From positions 11,676 to 75,675 of the forward strand of contig CAWACI010000006.1 of NCBI GenBank assembly GCA_963780465.1: 64,000 nt of DNA. Direction: 5' to 3'. The notes below the pieces were generated by a model that saw nothing but the letters and a program-made list of their open reading frames with translations, did not search any database and had not been told where the DNA came from. Of this stretch, positions 1-11,178 are shown piece after piece. The stretch comes from an uncultured Pseudomonadota bacterium. GTDB taxonomy: Bacteria > Pseudomonadota > Alphaproteobacteria > Acetobacterales > Acetobacteraceae. Within the stretch, counting starts at the first letter, position 1. Every line of letters starts with the position of its first letter. The position numbers and the translations under genes are program-made.

Positions 1-196
1 TAGGCGCCTCCACCGTCCGCCACGCCGCGCCGCGCTCGCGCTGATGCCGCGCGATCCGCTGCCGCATCTCGTCATCGAATGCCTGGCCGGTCGCGATCAT
101 CACCAGCCGCCCATCCTGACCCGCGGTCTCCGCTTGGGCCTGGGCAAAACCGCTTTTGCCGGAACGCGCGCCGCCGAGGACCAGTGTGAGCGTCAA
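1..196 (-). CDS. cobU: Adenosylcobinamide kinase / cobinamide-phosphate guanylyltransferase, 5' part (runs off window edge)
   Basis: Not in the ORF track. Manual translation from TTG at 196 (GGAGG RBS upstream) gives MTLTLVLGGARSGKSGFAQ...VMIATGQAFDDEMRQRIARHQRERGAAWRTVEAP, matching the CobU/CobP P-loop GGARSGKS and EM..RI..H motifs. Confidence 0.92.
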   Translation of the reverse strand, partial: MTLTLVLGGARSGKSGFAQAQAETAGQDGRLVMIATGQAFDDEMRQRIARHQRERGAAWRTVEAP

Positions 197-244
197 AACA
201 ACCTCCAGATTGACCGTGTCATCCTCTACCCAGTACAGTTCCCG

Positions 245-410
245 GGCGATAGGTTTCTCGAAAGAGGATTAAAACGGGAATTTGGGTGCGATGCCCAGGC
301 TGCCCCCGCAACTGTAAGCGACGAATTCTGGCGCATGCAGGCCACTGGGCACCGCCCCGGGAAGGCGCGCCAGGGTGATGAGCCGCAAGCCAGGAGACCT
401 GCCTGTCGTT
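245..410 (+). promoter_or_regulatory. Cobalamin (AdoCbl) riboswitch
   Basis: B12-box hallmarks: AAAACGGGAA, GCTGCCCCCGCAACTGTAAGC, GCCACTG...GGGAAGGC, GAGCCGCAAGCCAGGAGACCTGCC. Lies upstream of the cob genes. Confidence 0.95.
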
Positions 411-605
411 GTCGTCTTTCATCCGGCCGGGGTGTGCCGTATGAACGGGTGCTTATCCCGGATGGCGATGCGTTTGCCGCGCCGACGCGCGGGCCGACGG
501 TACGCCCGATCCTTGCGGGTTTGACATGTCGCGCCTGCCGGCCGGGGCGGATGGTCGTTCACTGCAGGAGATCGTGATGCGCTGTTTAAAACTCGGTTCC
601 GGCGC

Positions 606-1598
606 ATGAGTGCCCCCGGATATTTGCGCCATGGCGGCCGTATGGGCGAGGCGGCAAAGCTGTTCCCGGATGCGCCTTTGCCGTGGATCGACCTCTCCAC
701 CGGCATCAACCCGCATGCCTGGGACGGCCCGCGCGCGGAGTTTGCTGCCCTGCAACGCCTGCCTGACCCAACCGAAACCGCGGCGTTGGAACAAGCCGCC
801 GCCGCGTCCTTCGGCGTGGATGCCAGCCGCATCGCCGCCGTTCCGGGTGCGGAATCCGGCCTGCGCCTGCTGCCCCACCTCACCGGAGCCGCCAGTGTCG
901 GCATTCTCTCACCCACCTATGGCGGGCACGCCGAAGCCTGGGCCGCGGCCGGGCGCGAGATTCATGTTGCGGCGACGGTCGAGGCGCTTCCCGCCACGGA
1001 AGCCCTCGTCATCGTCAACCCGAACAATCCGGACGGGCGAATCATCCCCGCGGAGACGCTCACCAGCCTTGTCACGGACAGCCGGGTGCTGATCGTCGAT
1101 GAATCCTTCGGCGAAATCACCCCGCATCTCAGCGTGGCGGGGGCGGCCAATGACCGGCTGATCGTGCTGCGCTCCTTCGGTAAGTTCTTTGGCCTCGCCG
1201 GCGTGCGGCTCGGCTTTGTCATCGCCGGCCCCGCCATCATCGCCGGGGTCCGTGCCACCTTCGGCGACTGGCCGGTCTCCGCCGAGGCGCTCGCCGCCGG
1301 CACCGCTGCCTACAGAAATCGCGAATGGGCCGACGCCACCCGCGCCCGGCTGCAGCAGGACGCGGAACGGATGGATGCGATGCTGGCGCAGGCCGGGCTG
1401 GAATTGCTGGGCGGCACCGATCTGTTCCGCCTCTGCGCCACCCCGCATGCCGTAAAATGGTTCGAACATCTCGCCCGGCACGGAATGCTGGTCCGCCCCT
1501 TCGCGCAGCAGCCCAACTGGCTGCGCTTCGGTTTTCCCGGCACCGAGGCCGCCTGGCAGCGCCTGCAGACGGCCTTGCAACAAGGGATCGCTTCGTGA
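606..1598 (+). CDS. cobD: L-threonine-O-3-phosphate decarboxylase (CobD; CobC in P. denitrificans nomenclature)
   Basis: HGG start motif, WIDLSTGINP, NPNNPDG, IVDESF and the PLP-lysine motif LRSFGKFFGLAGVRLGF. Confidence 0.93.
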   Translation: MSAPGYLRHGGRMGEAAKLFPDAPLPWIDLSTGINPHAWDGPRAEFAALQRLPDPTETAALEQAAAASFGVDASRIAAVPGAESGLRLLPHLTGAASVGILSPTYGGHAEAWAAAGREIHVAATVEALPATEALVIVNPNNPDGRIIPAETLTSLVTDSRVLIVDESFGEITPHLSVAGAANDRLIVLRSFGKFFGLAGVRLGFVIAGPAIIAGVRATFGDWPVSAEALAAGTAAYRNREWADATRARLQQDAERMDAMLAQAGLELLGGTDLFRLCATPHAVKWFEHLARHGMLVRPFAQQPNWLRFGFPGTEAAWQRLQTALQQGIAS

Positions 1599-2215
1599 CC
1601 GAGGAGGAGCAGGAAGCCGAACGCAACCGCCTTCATGCCGAGGAGCGCAAGGCGGTCAAAGCCGAGCGCGTGGGGATGATGCAGAGCAAGACGCAAACCG
1701 GCGGCCTGCTCCTGGTGCATACCGGCGAGGGCAAAGGCAAATCCACCGCCGGCTTCGGCATGGTCGCGCGCGCTCTGGGCTGGGGCCAGCGCGTCGGCGT
1801 GGTGCAATACATCAAGGGCAAATGGATCACCGGCGAGCGCCGCTTCTTCGCCCGCTTCCCCGACCAGGTCCGCTTTGAGATCATGGGCGAAGGCTTTACC
1901 TGGGACACGCAGGACCGCGCGCGCGATATCGCCGCGGCCGAGGCCGCCTGGGCGAAATCCGTGGAAATGATCGCCGATCCGGAGCTGGACTTCGTGCTGC
2001 TGGACGAGTTGAACGTGGCGCTGCGCTACGAGTATCTCGACCTCGGCAAAGTTGTCGAAGCGCTGAAAAGCCGCCCGCGCGACAAGCATATCTGCGTCAC
2101 CGGCCGCGACGCCAAGCCCGAGCTGATGGAAATCGCCGAATTGGTGACCGAGATGCGCCTGGTCAAGCACCCGTTCCAGCAGGGCATCAAAGCCCAGCGC
2201 GGGGTTGATTTTTGA
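1595..2215 (+). CDS. cobO: Cob(I)yrinic acid a,c-diamide adenosyltransferase
   Basis: GTG start overlaps the cobD stop. Motifs VHTGEGKGKSTAGFG, VQYIKG, GEGFTWDTQ, LLDELN, VTEM..VKHPF. Confidence 0.95.
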   Translation: MTEEEQEAERNRLHAEERKAVKAERVGMMQSKTQTGGLLLVHTGEGKGKSTAGFGMVARALGWGQRVGVVQYIKGKWITGERRFFARFPDQVRFEIMGEGFTWDTQDRARDIAAAEAAWAKSVEMIADPELDFVLLDELNVALRYEYLDLGKVVEALKSRPRDKHICVTGRDAKPELMEIAELVTEMRLVKHPFQQGIKAQRGVDF

Positions 2216-2396
2216 GTCATGCTGAAGCGAAGGGAAGAAAGCGCTCCTTTTTTGAAAAAAAGAAGCAAAAAACTTTTGCTAAACTGGGCCGTGCTTGTGT
2301 CAGCGCCACCGGCCCAGAGGAATCAAAAGTTTTTTGCGCCGCTTTTTTTCAACAAAACGGCTCCTTCCTGTTTCAACCTAATCCTACCACGCTCTA
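2216..2396. repeat. MITE-like multi-hairpin repeat, copy 1 (right TIR intact)
   Basis: Core GAAGCAAAAAACTTTTG-CTGGGCC...GGCCCAG-AAAAGTTTTTTGCGCCGC. Ends ...CCTACCACGCTCTA, whose reverse complement matches the TAGAGC(C/G)TG TIR of the 20234 copy. Confidence 0.85.
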
Positions 2397-2467
2397 GACA
2401 GGCCATTGATAAGTCATCATTTTTTGATCATTGCATTTTCTGCGTATGCTGATCTAGGGCAGCCACT

Positions 2468-3422
2468 TTGATTTTCGCTCCCACACTCGCCCCCTGGCGG
2501 ACGCTGGCCGTGCTCGTGCTGGAGGCCGGCATCGGCTATCCGGACCGGCTGCACAGCATCATCCCGCACCCGGTCGTGTGGGCCGGGCGCGGGATCGCAA
2601 TGCTGGAACAATACTGGAACCGTCCGGACTGGCCGGAGGCCCGGCGCCGCGTTTTGGGCGTGGTCACCCTGGTTTTGATCGCCGGCGCCGCCGCGCTGAT
2701 CGGCTTTGTCATCGACCATTTTGCGGCGAAAAACCGTTGGACCGTGCTGGCGGCCCTGCTGCTCGCCAGCACCGGCCTCGCGCAGCGCAGCCTCTACACC
2801 CATGTCGCCGCCGTCAGCACGGCGCTGCGGTCCAACAACCTGCCCGCCGCCCGGCTCGCTGTCGGCCGCATCGTCGGCCGCGATGTCGCCGGCCTGAATG
2901 CGGAGGGCGTGGCCGCCGCGGCGCTGGAAAGTCTGGCCGAGAGTTTTTGCGACGGCGTGGTCGCCCCCGCTTTCTGGTTTCTCCTCTTCGGCCTCGCGGG
3001 ATTGTTCGCCTACAAGGCCATCAACACGGCGGACAGCCTGATCGGCCACCGCGAGCCGCGCTGGCGCGCTTTCGGCTGGGCCTCCGCCCGGACCGACGAT
3101 TTTTTTAACCTGATCCCGGCGCGTCTGGCGGGTTGCCTGTTGGCACTCGCGGCGCGTGGCGGCTGGCGCGTCATGCTGCGCGACGCGAAAAAACATGACT
3201 TCGCCCAATGCCGGCTGGCCGGAAGCCGCCATGGCGGGGGGCGCAAAAATTCGCCTCGGCGGGCCCGTGGCCTATGACGGCGTGATGCACATCAAACCCT
3301 GGTTCGGTGACGGCCCCGCCCCGCGCGCCGCCGATCTCGCGCGTGGCCTGCGCCTCTATCTCGGCGGCTGCGCCCTGCTCTGGGCAGTTCTGGCAGTGGG
3401 AGGCCTTGCATGGCGAAACTGA
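2468..3422 (+). pseudogene. cbiB: Adenosylcobinamide-phosphate synthase CbiB (CobD), one +1 frameshift as assembled (probably a sequencing error)
   Basis: Motifs HPVVW, ESLAESFCDG, YKAINTADS.IG. At 3200-3201 (extra T in GAC-T-TCG) the KKH(D)SPNAGWPEAAMAG motif moves to another frame ending at 3422. Confidence 0.88.
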
Positions 3423-4891
3423 TGATCCAGGGCTGCGGCTCGGATGTCGGCAAATCCACTTTGGTCGCCGGGCTGTGCCGCCTGTTCACCAATCATGGCC
3501 TTACCGTCCGCCCGTTCAAGTCGCAAAACATGTCCAACAACGCCGCGGTCACGGCGGATGGCGGGGAGATCGGCCGCGCCCAGGCGCTGCAGGCGCTGGC
3601 CTGCCGTACGCCGGCCAGCGTGCACATGAACCCGGTGCTGCTCAAACCCCAGAGCGAGACCGGCGCGCAGCTGATCGTGCGCGGCCGGATGGAAGGCAAT
3701 TGGCGCGCGGCCGCGTATCAGGAGCGCAAAAAGCTGCTGCTCGGCATCTGCCTGGAGAGTTTCCACAAGCTCGAGGCCGAATGCGACCTCGTGCTGGTGG
3801 AAGGCGCCGGCAGCCCGGCCGAGACCAATCTGCGCCGCGGCGACATCGCCAATATGGGCTTTGCCCGCGCCGCCAATGTCCCGGTCGTGCTGACCGGCGA
3901 TATCGACCGCGGCCATGTCATCGCCTCGCTGGTCGGCGCGCATGCCGTGCTCGACGATGACGACCGGGCGATGATCAAGGGATTCCTGATCAACAAATTC
4001 CGTGGCGACCCCACGCTCTTCTCCAGCGGCCGCGCGGAGATCACGCACCGCACCGGCTGGCGGGATTTCGGCATGGCGCCGTTTCTGCCCGCCGCAAACC
4101 GCCTGCCGGCGGAAGACGCGGTGGTGCTGGACCGGGCACGCGCGGGCAGCGGCGGACGGGTGAAAATCGTCGTGCCCCGGCTCGCGCGCATCGCCAATTT
4201 CGACGATTTCGACCCGCTCCAGCACGAACCCTCGGTCGATTTCAGCTTCATTCAACCGGGCACGGCCCTGCCTGGCGATGCCGATCTCGTCATCCTGCCC
4301 GGCAGCAAGGCCACCCTCGCCGACCTCGCAATGCTGCGCCGGGAGGGATGGGATATCGACATCGCCGCCCATCTCCGCCGCGGCGGCCGCGTGCTTGGCC
4401 TGTGCGGTGGTTATCAAATGCTCGGCCGGCGCATCGCCGACCCCGATGGCCTCGAAGGCCCGCCAGGTGCTGCCGAAGGGCTCGGCCTGCTGGATGTGGA
4501 AACCACGCTCACCGGCAACAAAATTCTTACCCCCACAACCGGCCATCTGTCGGCGGATAACGCCGCGTTCGAAGGCTACGAAATCCATATCGGCCGCACG
4601 CACGGGCCGGACACGGCGCGCCCCTTTCTGCAAACCGGAACCGGGCCGCAGGGGGCAGTTTCCGCCAATGGCCGTATCGCCGGCTGCTATGTCCACGGCC
4701 TGTTCCAACAGGGCACGGCCCGCGCCGCGATCCTAAAAACCCTCGGCGCCGCCTCCACCGTGGCTGATCACGGCACGATCGTGGATGCCGCACTCGACGA
4801 CATCGCCGCCACGCTGGCCAAGTATTTCGACATTAACGGCCTCGCCGAAATCGCCGGCCTGCCCGCAAACATCTTTGGGAGTTCCGCATGA
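3410..4891 (+). CDS. cobQ: Cobyric acid synthase
   Basis: [35 protein letters not shown], glutaminase [21 protein letters not shown]. Confidence 0.96.
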   Translation: MAKLMIQGCGSDVGKSTLVAGLCRLFTNHGLTVRPFKSQNMSNNAAVTADGGEIGRAQALQALACRTPASVHMNPVLLKPQSETGAQLIVRGRMEGNWRAAAYQERKKLLLGICLESFHKLEAECDLVLVEGAGSPAETNLRRGDIANMGFARAANVPVVLTGDIDRGHVIASLVGAHAVLDDDDRAMIKGFLINKFRGDPTLFSSGRAEITHRTGWRDFGMAPFLPAANRLPAEDAVVLDRARAGSGGRVKIVVPRLARIANFDDFDPLQHEPSVDFSFIQPGTALPGDADLVILPGSKATLADLAMLRREGWDIDIAAHLRRGGRVLGLCGGYQMLGRRIADPDGLEGPPGAAEGLGLLDVETTLTGNKILTPTTGHLSADNAAFEGYEIHIGRTHGPDTARPFLQTGTGPQGAVSANGRIAGCYVHGLFQQGTARAAILKTLGAASTVADHGTIVDAALDDIAATLAKYFDINGLAEIAGLPANIFGSSA

Positions 4892-5922
4892 CACCGTCCT
4901 TCACCGTCCCCGCTCTGGACCGCAGCCTGGAGCCCGCGCTGCGCGCCAAACTGGACGGCCTGGCCAAACCCCCGGGCTCGCTCGGCCGCATGGAGGCGCT
5001 GAGCCTGCAGCTCGGGCTGATCCAGCAACGGCTCGACCCCGCCGTGCAACGCGCCGTGCTGTTCGTCTTCGCGGGCGATCACGGCCTCACCCAGGAAGGC
5101 GTCTCGAACTACCCGGCAAGCGTGACCATCGCCATGGTACAGAGTTTCCTGGCGCAGCGCGCCAGCGCCAACGCGTTTGCCCGCGCGACCGATACGCAAG
5201 TCCGCGTCGTGGATGCCGGTGTCGCCGCCGATCTGGCGCCGCATCCGGCGCTGCTGGATGCGAAAATCGCCCCCGGAACCCGCAATGCCGCGCGCGAACC
5301 GGCGATGACGCCGGCGCAATGCGAGGCGGCCATCGCACGCGGTGCCGCCATCGCCGCAGATGCGGCGGCGGAAGGGTTCGATGTCATCGCCTTAGGGGAG
5401 ATGGGCATTGGCAACACCTCCTCGGCGGCGCTGATCATGCACCGTCTCGCCCCCGCCCCGCTTGCCTCCTGCGTCGGCGTCGGCACCGGGCATGACGCCG
5501 CGGGCCTCGCGCGCAAGCTGGCCACGCTGGAACGCGCTGCCGCCCGCAGCGCCGCATCCGCGCCGCTGGACGTGCTGGCCGAGTTCGGCGGTTTCGAGAT
5601 CGCCATGATGACCGGCGCCATCCTCGGCGCCGCGCGGGCGAAAACCGCCATCCTGGTCGATGGTTTCATCGCCAGCGCCGCGGCGCTCGCCGCCATCCGG
5701 CTGGCACCCGAGGTTCTTCCCTACTGCATTTTTGCCCATTGCTCGGCGGAGGCCGGCCACCGCCTGATGCTGGAATCGCTCGGCGTGCGGCCGCTGCTCG
5801 ACCTAGAACTGCGCTTAGGGGAAGGCACTGGCGGCCTGCTCTGCGTGCCGCTGCTGCGCGCGGCGGCGAATATCCTCACCGAGATCGCCAGCCTGGACGA
5901 TGTGCTGAGCGGAAAACTCTGA
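4888..5922 (+). CDS. cobT: Nicotinate-nucleotide--dimethylbenzimidazole phosphoribosyltransferase
   Basis: [42 protein letters not shown]. Confidence 0.95.
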   Translation: MTPSFTVPALDRSLEPALRAKLDGLAKPPGSLGRMEALSLQLGLIQQRLDPAVQRAVLFVFAGDHGLTQEGVSNYPASVTIAMVQSFLAQRASANAFARATDTQVRVVDAGVAADLAPHPALLDAKIAPGTRNAAREPAMTPAQCEAAIARGAAIAADAAAEGFDVIALGEMGIGNTSSAALIMHRLAPAPLASCVGVGTGHDAAGLARKLATLERAAARSAASAPLDVLAEFGGFEIAMMTGAILGAARAKTAILVDGFIASAAALAAIRLAPEVLPYCIFAHCSAEAGHRLMLESLGVRPLLDLELRLGEGTGGLLCVPLLRAAANILTEIASLDDVLSGKL

Positions 5923-5923
5923 C

Positions 5924-6688
5924 ATGAGGCGGCAACTGGCGCTGCTGCTCTGCGGCGTACAGTTCCTCACGCGCTTGCCGGTCCCGGCGCTGCCCGGCTT
6001 CCAGCCGGACTGGATCAACCGCAGCGCGCGCTATTTCCCGCTTGTCGGCCAACTCGTCGGCCTGACCTCGGCGCTGGTTCTGATCCTCGCCGCAAGACTC
6101 TGGCCAGGCTGGATTTCCGCCCTGCTCGCCCTCATCACCGCCGCACTGCTCACCGGCGCGCTGCATGAGGATGGGCTGGCCGACACCGCCGATGGCTTGG
6201 GCGGCGGGCGCGATGCGGCGCACCGCCTGGCGATCATGAAAGACAGTGCCATAGGCAGCTACGGCGTGCTCGCTCTGGGGTTTTGCTCGTTGTTAAAACT
6301 CGCCAGCCTCGCCGCCCTGCCGCCCTGGCTCGCCGCCTGCAGCCTGCTCGCCGCACATGGCGTGGCGCGCGCCGCCGCCGTCGTCGTCATGCATGCCCTG
6401 CCCTATGCGGGCGATCCCGCCTCCGCCAAGGTGAGCACGCAAACCCTGCCGCCGACGCGCACCGAAACACTGTTTGCGCTGCTGCTCGCCGCCTGGCCGC
6501 TCTTGCTGCTGCCAGGCGCAAAATCGCTGCTTGGCCTTGGCCTCTGCGCCATCGTCACCTTCGCCCTGGCGCGCATCACACTGCGTCTCATCGGCGGCCA
6601 GCGTGGCGACATTTTAGGCGCCGTCGAGCAACTCTGCGAAGCCGGATTCTTGCTCGGCTGCGCCGCCAAAACCGGGATCGTGCTGTGA
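5924..6688 (+). CDS. cobS: Adenosylcobinamide-GDP ribazoletransferase (cobalamin synthase)
   Basis: QFLTRLP, LTGALHEDGLADTADG, IMKDS.IG.YG, GG..GDILGA; hydrophobic protein. Confidence 0.95.
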   Translation: MRRQLALLLCGVQFLTRLPVPALPGFQPDWINRSARYFPLVGQLVGLTSALVLILAARLWPGWISALLALITAALLTGALHEDGLADTADGLGGGRDAAHRLAIMKDSAIGSYGVLALGFCSLLKLASLAALPPWLAACSLLAAHGVARAAAVVVMHALPYAGDPASAKVSTQTLPPTRTETLFALLLAAWPLLLLPGAKSLLGLGLCAIVTFALARITLRLIGGQRGDILGAVEQLCEAGFLLGCAAKTGIVL

Positions 6689-7197
6689 GGCTGATCATCT
6701 GCCCGCTGGCGCAGCTCGACGCGGCTTTGGCCCTGGCCCCGTCGCATGTGCTCACGCTGCTCGCACCGGGCGCCGAGATACCGTCCTGTCCCACCATCGC
6801 CCTTGCCGGGCGCCTCGTCCTTCGCTTCAACGACATTAACGGGCCCGCAGAAGGCTTAACCCACGCCAGCCGCAAAGATATCGAAACCCTCATCGCCTTC
6901 GCGCAAAGCTGGCGCGGCCCCGCCCCGTTCGTGGCACATTGCTGGGCAGGCATCAGCCGCTCGACCGCCGCTGCCTATATCATCGCCTGCCTGCACCATG
7001 CACCCGGCAACGAGCAGGACCTGGCCCTCCGGTTGCGCCACGCAGCCCCGCAGGCCACGCCCAATCCCTGGATGATCGCGCTGGCCGATGACATTCTTGG
7101 CCGCTCCGGACGCATGACCCAGGCCATCACCAGCATCGGCCGCGGCCGCGAAGCCGGGCTGGGAGAGCTGTTCGCGCTGGAAGTGGCCGCTTTTTGA
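6685..7197 (+). CDS. Predicted protein-tyrosine/dual-specificity phosphatase-fold protein (CX5R)
   Basis: GTG overlaps the cobS stop (GTGA). 170 aa with HCWAGISRS P-loop (6937-6963), LRFNDI acid loop and A.PNP..IALAD motif. Confidence 0.85.
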   Translation: MRLIICPLAQLDAALALAPSHVLTLLAPGAEIPSCPTIALAGRLVLRFNDINGPAEGLTHASRKDIETLIAFAQSWRGPAPFVAHCWAGISRSTAAAYIIACLHHAPGNEQDLALRLRHAAPQATPNPWMIALADDILGRSGRMTQAITSIGRGREAGLGELFALEVAAF

Positions 7198-7315
7198 AAA
7201 AAGCGGCGCAAAAACTTATTGTCCCTATGGGACTTTGGCGCTGAAACAAACACAGCCCAGATTAATAAAGTTTTTTTGCTACTTTTTGTTCACAAAAAGT
7301 AGCCTTACCTCTCTA
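7185..7315. repeat. MITE-like repeat, copy 2 (core only) between convergent genes
   Basis: GCCGCTTTTTGAAAAAAGCGGCGC-AAAAACTT...GCCCAG...AAAGTTTTTTTG-CTACTTTTTGTTCACAAAAAGTAG. Confidence 0.88.
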
Positions 7316-7946
7316 CCAGAAACTCCTCCAACTTCCGGCGGTGCTCCCAGCCCGCCCGCTCAAGCTCCGGCTCCACATGCGTTTCAACCGGCCAGCCCAG
7401 GCAGAGATAGGCGATCAACCGCCACCCCGCCGGCACGTTCAGCACATCGTCGATCCCTTCCGGGTCCAGAATCGACACCCAGCCCATGCCGATGCCCCGT
7501 GCCCGCGCGGCGAGCCAGAGCGTGTGCACCGCCGACACCACGGAATATTCCGCCATCTCGGGCATCGTGCGCTGGCCGAGCCCCCGCCCCGTGCCGCTCG
7601 CGCCGTCGCAGAACACCGCAAGCTGCACGGGGGCATCGTCCAGACCGGATAATTTCAGCTTGGCATAGAGCGCCGCCGCCTCGCCGCTATAGCCGCTGAG
7701 CGCCGCCGCGTTGCAGCGCTCGAAATTCTCCCGCACCGCCGCCCGCGCCGCAGCGCTTTTCACGCGCATGAACCGCCAGGGCTGGCTTAAGCCAACGGAA
7801 GGGGCCAGCTGCGCGACCCGCAACAGGCCCAGCAATTCCTCCTCGGGGATTTCATCCCGGCGAAACCGGCGGACATCGCGCCGCCAGCGAAACAGCTCGA
7901 CCAGTGCTGGAAAAAATTCCGGTGCGGTGAAATCCGGTTCCATCAT
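7305..7946 (-). CDS. bluB: 5,6-dimethylbenzimidazole synthase
   Basis: LFRWRRDVRRF, APSVGLSQPWRF, RTMPEM..YS, LWLAARA.GIGMGWVSI, LE..GW. Confidence 0.95.
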   Translation of the reverse strand: MMEPDFTAPEFFPALVELFRWRRDVRRFRRDEIPEEELLGLLRVAQLAPSVGLSQPWRFMRVKSAAARAAVRENFERCNAAALSGYSGEAAALYAKLKLSGLDDAPVQLAVFCDGASGTGRGLGQRTMPEMAEYSVVSAVHTLWLAARARGIGMGWVSILDPEGIDDVLNVPAGWRLIAYLCLGWPVETHVEPELERAGWEHRRKLEEFLVER

Positions 7947-7953
7947 GTCCCTC

Positions 7954-9275
7954 TCAAAAAATCCCGTCGCCGGTGGCGATGGCGTGGAAGAACGCCCCGC
8001 TCACCCGGCCGCGCCTGCCGCCGGAAGGGCCGAGGCTTCTCCCCGCGGCATCACACAATTCCGCCAGCGGCGCGTCCGTCCCTGGCGTCATCACCGAGGC
8101 ATAATGAAACTCATGCCCCCTGATGCCCGCCCCCGCAGCACCCAGCGAATTATCCGCCAGCAGCCTTGCATGCCGATAGCCCAAATTCATCCGCCGCTTG
8201 GCAAAGCTCGTCTCGTGGCTGAGCAGGCCCGTCATCGGATGCACCATGCCATCGGCACTTTGCAGGCTCTCACCCAGCACCATGTAGCCGCCGCATTCGC
8301 CATGCACCGGCCGCGTCTCGGCGAAGCTGGCGAGGCCTGCGGCGAAATTCCCTGCCGCCGCCAGCCGCCCCGCATGCAGTTCGGGATACCCGCCGGGCAG
8401 CCAGCAACTGTCGCAATCCGCCGGCGGCGCCTGGTCGGCCAGCGGCGAGAAGAACACGATCTCGCACCCCGCCCGGCGCCAGCCTTCCAGCACATGGGCA
8501 TATATGAAACTGAACGCCGCATCCCGCGCCATGGCAATGCGCTGCCCCGGCGGCGGCAGCAGTCCCTCACCTTCAGACGGCGACTCCAGGGGGGCTGCCA
8601 GAGCCAAAATCGCCGGCAGATCCAAATGGCTTTCCGCCAGATCGGCCAGCTTCTCCAGATGTTTCGGCAAATCCGGATGTTCCAGCGCCTGCACCAGGCC
8701 GAGATGCCGCTCCGGCAGTTGGATTGTCTCATCGCGCGGGATCGTGCCCAGAATTTTGATGCCGGCGCGCGCCATCGCCTCGGCCACACCTTGGCGGTGC
8801 CGCTCGCTCGCCACGCGGTTCAGCACCACGCCTGCGATGTTCACGCCGGGCATATGGCCGACAAATCCCCGCGCCACGGCGGCAGCGGTCTGGGAATGGC
8901 CGGACACATCGAGGATCAGCACGACCGGCAGCCCGAGCCGCGCCGCCAGATCCGCCCCCGCCCCGGTGCGCCCCTCCGGCCCGGCCACGCCGTCGAACAG
9001 CCCCATGGAGGATTCGATGACCAGATAGTCCGCCCCCCGGCCGCGTAACCCGCCACCGTGCCGAGCTGTTCTGGCGCCATCGCCCAGCTATCCAGGTTGA
9101 AGCTGGGCCAGCCTGTGGCCGCGGCGTGAAACGCCGGGTCGATGTAATCCGGCCCGGATTTCGTCGCCCGGATGCCGAGCCCGCGCCGCCGCGCCGCCGC
9201 CAGCAGCGCCAAAGTCAGCGTGGTCTTGCCGCTGCCCGAGCGCGGCGCGCCGATAACCAGCCCGCGCGCGCTCAT
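7954..9275 (-). pseudogene. cobB: Hydrogenobyrinate/cobyrinate a,c-diamide synthase, one -1 frameshift as assembled
   Basis: N-terminal GAPRSGSGKTT and GPDYIDP..H in one frame; MGLFDG, ERHLGL, LPGGYPELH, GECGGYM, GHEFHY in another. Switch is at the C6 run 9033-9038. Confidence 0.9.
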
Positions 9276-9280
9276 GCCCT

Positions 9281-10449
9281 ATGCTCCCGGCCATGACAGT
9301 TGCGCCCGCCTTGCGTATACCCACCCTCATGGAGCCTGAACCGTTGCTGCGCCGCGGCTGGACGACCGGCGCTTGCGCGACGGCCGCCGCCAAGGCTGCC
9401 TACGCGGCGCTCCTCACCGGTGTCTTTCCCGATCCTGTCGAGATCACGCTCCCGGGCGGCCAGACTGCCGCATTCGCTTTGGCGGAATGTGAGCTTGCGG
9501 AACACAGCGCCAGCGCCGGCGTGGTCAAGGATGCGGGCGATGACCCGGATGTCACCCATGGCGCGCTGATCCGTGCCACAATCACCCGCGGCGCGCCCGG
9601 CAGCGGCGTTACCTTTCGCGCCGGGCCCGGCGTCGGCACCGTGACGCGGCCGGGCCTGGCCATTCCCCCCGGCGAGCCGGCGATCAACCCCGTCCCGCGC
9701 CAGATGATCCACACCGCCATCGCCGGACTGGCCGCGCGATCACGGTGCTCCCGGCGACGTCGTGGTGGAAATCTCCATCCCCGGCGGCGAGGCATCTGGC
9801 GGAACGCACGCTGAACGGGCGGCTCGGCATCCTCGGCGGCCTGTCGATCCTCGGCACCACCGGTATCGTGATCCCCTATTCCTGCTCGGCCTGGATTCAT
9901 TCCATCCATCGCGGCATCGACGTCGCCCGCGCCAGTGGCGTCACGCATGTCGCCGGCGCCACCGGCAACACGTCTGAAAACGCCATCCGCGCCTTGCACG
10001 CGCTGCCGGATGTCGCGCTGATCGACATGGGCGATTTTGTCGGCGGCATGCTGAAATATCTGAAATCCCATCCCGTGCCGCGCATCACCGTCGCCGGCGG
10101 GGTCGCGAAAATGACCAAGCTGGCGCAGGGAAGGCTCGATCTGCATTCCAAACGCGGCGAGGTGGATCTTTCGCTCCTCGCCACCCTGGCTGATGAAATC
10201 GGCTGCGGACCGGAAATTGCCGCAAAAATCCGGCACGCCAACACGGCGGCCCAGGCTTTCGAGCTGGCGCGCGCGCATGGCACGGCGCTGGGCGACGCGA
10301 TTGCCGCGAAAGCCTGGCACGTCGCCGCCGCAGTACTGGAAGGTTCCGGGACGGAACTCGAAATCGTTCTGTTCGACCGCAACGGCAGGCTGGCCGGGCG
10401 GGCGCCGTTTGCCCCCGTCGGCGCTCATGCGCGGAACCGGCGGGTATAG
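9281..10449 (+). pseudogene. cbiD: Cobalt-precorrin-5B C1-methyltransferase CbiD, two +1 frameshifts as assembled
   Basis: LRRGWTTGACA.AA, VKDAGDDPDVTHG, GVG.VT.PGL, AINPVPR, RTLN.RLGI.GGLSILGTTGIV.P.S. Indels near 9735 and 9792. Start could be 9281, 9293 or 9329. Confidence 0.88.
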
Positions 10450-11178
10450 TCGGGGTCGTAGAGCGCGCTCTCGCGGAAATCCTCCGGCGACATGGCCCGG
10501 CCGATCAAAATCAGCGCCGTGCGCTCCACACCTAGCCCCGCCAGCCGGCCGCAAATATCATCCAGGCGCCCCTGCACCACCTGCTCGTCCGGCCAGCTGA
10601 CCCGCACCATCACCGCCACCGGGCAATCCGCGCCGTAAAACGGCACGACGGTGGCGACGATCTCCGCCAGCCGATGGATCGCCAGATGGATCGCCAGCGT
10701 CGCCCCGGTTGCGGCAAAAGCGGCCAGCGTCTCGCGCGGCGGCATCGCCGAGGCGCGGCCGGAGAGCCTGCGTCAACACCACGCTCTGCGCCACTTCCGG
10801 CACGGTCAGCTCCCGCCCCAGGCTGGCGGCGGCGGCGGCAAAGGCCGGCACGCCCGGTGTGAGCGTATAGGCAATGCCGCGGCGCTGCAGCCGGCGGACC
10901 TGCTCGGCCACCGCGCTGTAGATCGAGAGATCGCCCGAATGCAGCCGGGCGACATCCTGGCCCAATTCGTCCGCGCGCACGAATTCCGCCTCGATCTGGT
11001 CGAGATCGAGCGAGGCCGTATCCACCAGCCGCGCGCCAGGCGGGCAATGCGCCAGCAGTTCCGGCGGCACGATGGACCCGGCGAACAGGCAAACCGGGCA
11101 GCTTTGCAGCAAATCGCGCCCGCGCAGGGTGATAAGATCCGCCGCCCCCGGCCCGGCGCCGATGAAATGCACAGTCAT
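10425..11178 (-). pseudogene. cobM: Precorrin-4 C11-methyltransferase, one +1 frameshift as assembled
   Basis: [40 protein letters not shown]. After an extra base near 10769 it continues ..SAMPPRE.L..FA.TGATL.IHL. Confidence 0.9.

Noticed and set aside
412-605. Small ORFs between the B12 riboswitches and their first genes (e.g. MSRLPAGADG...GSGA* ending at the cobD start; MSQR* near 21990)
   Set aside because: No clear RBS or recognisable motif; they are compatible with riboswitch expression-platform sequence.
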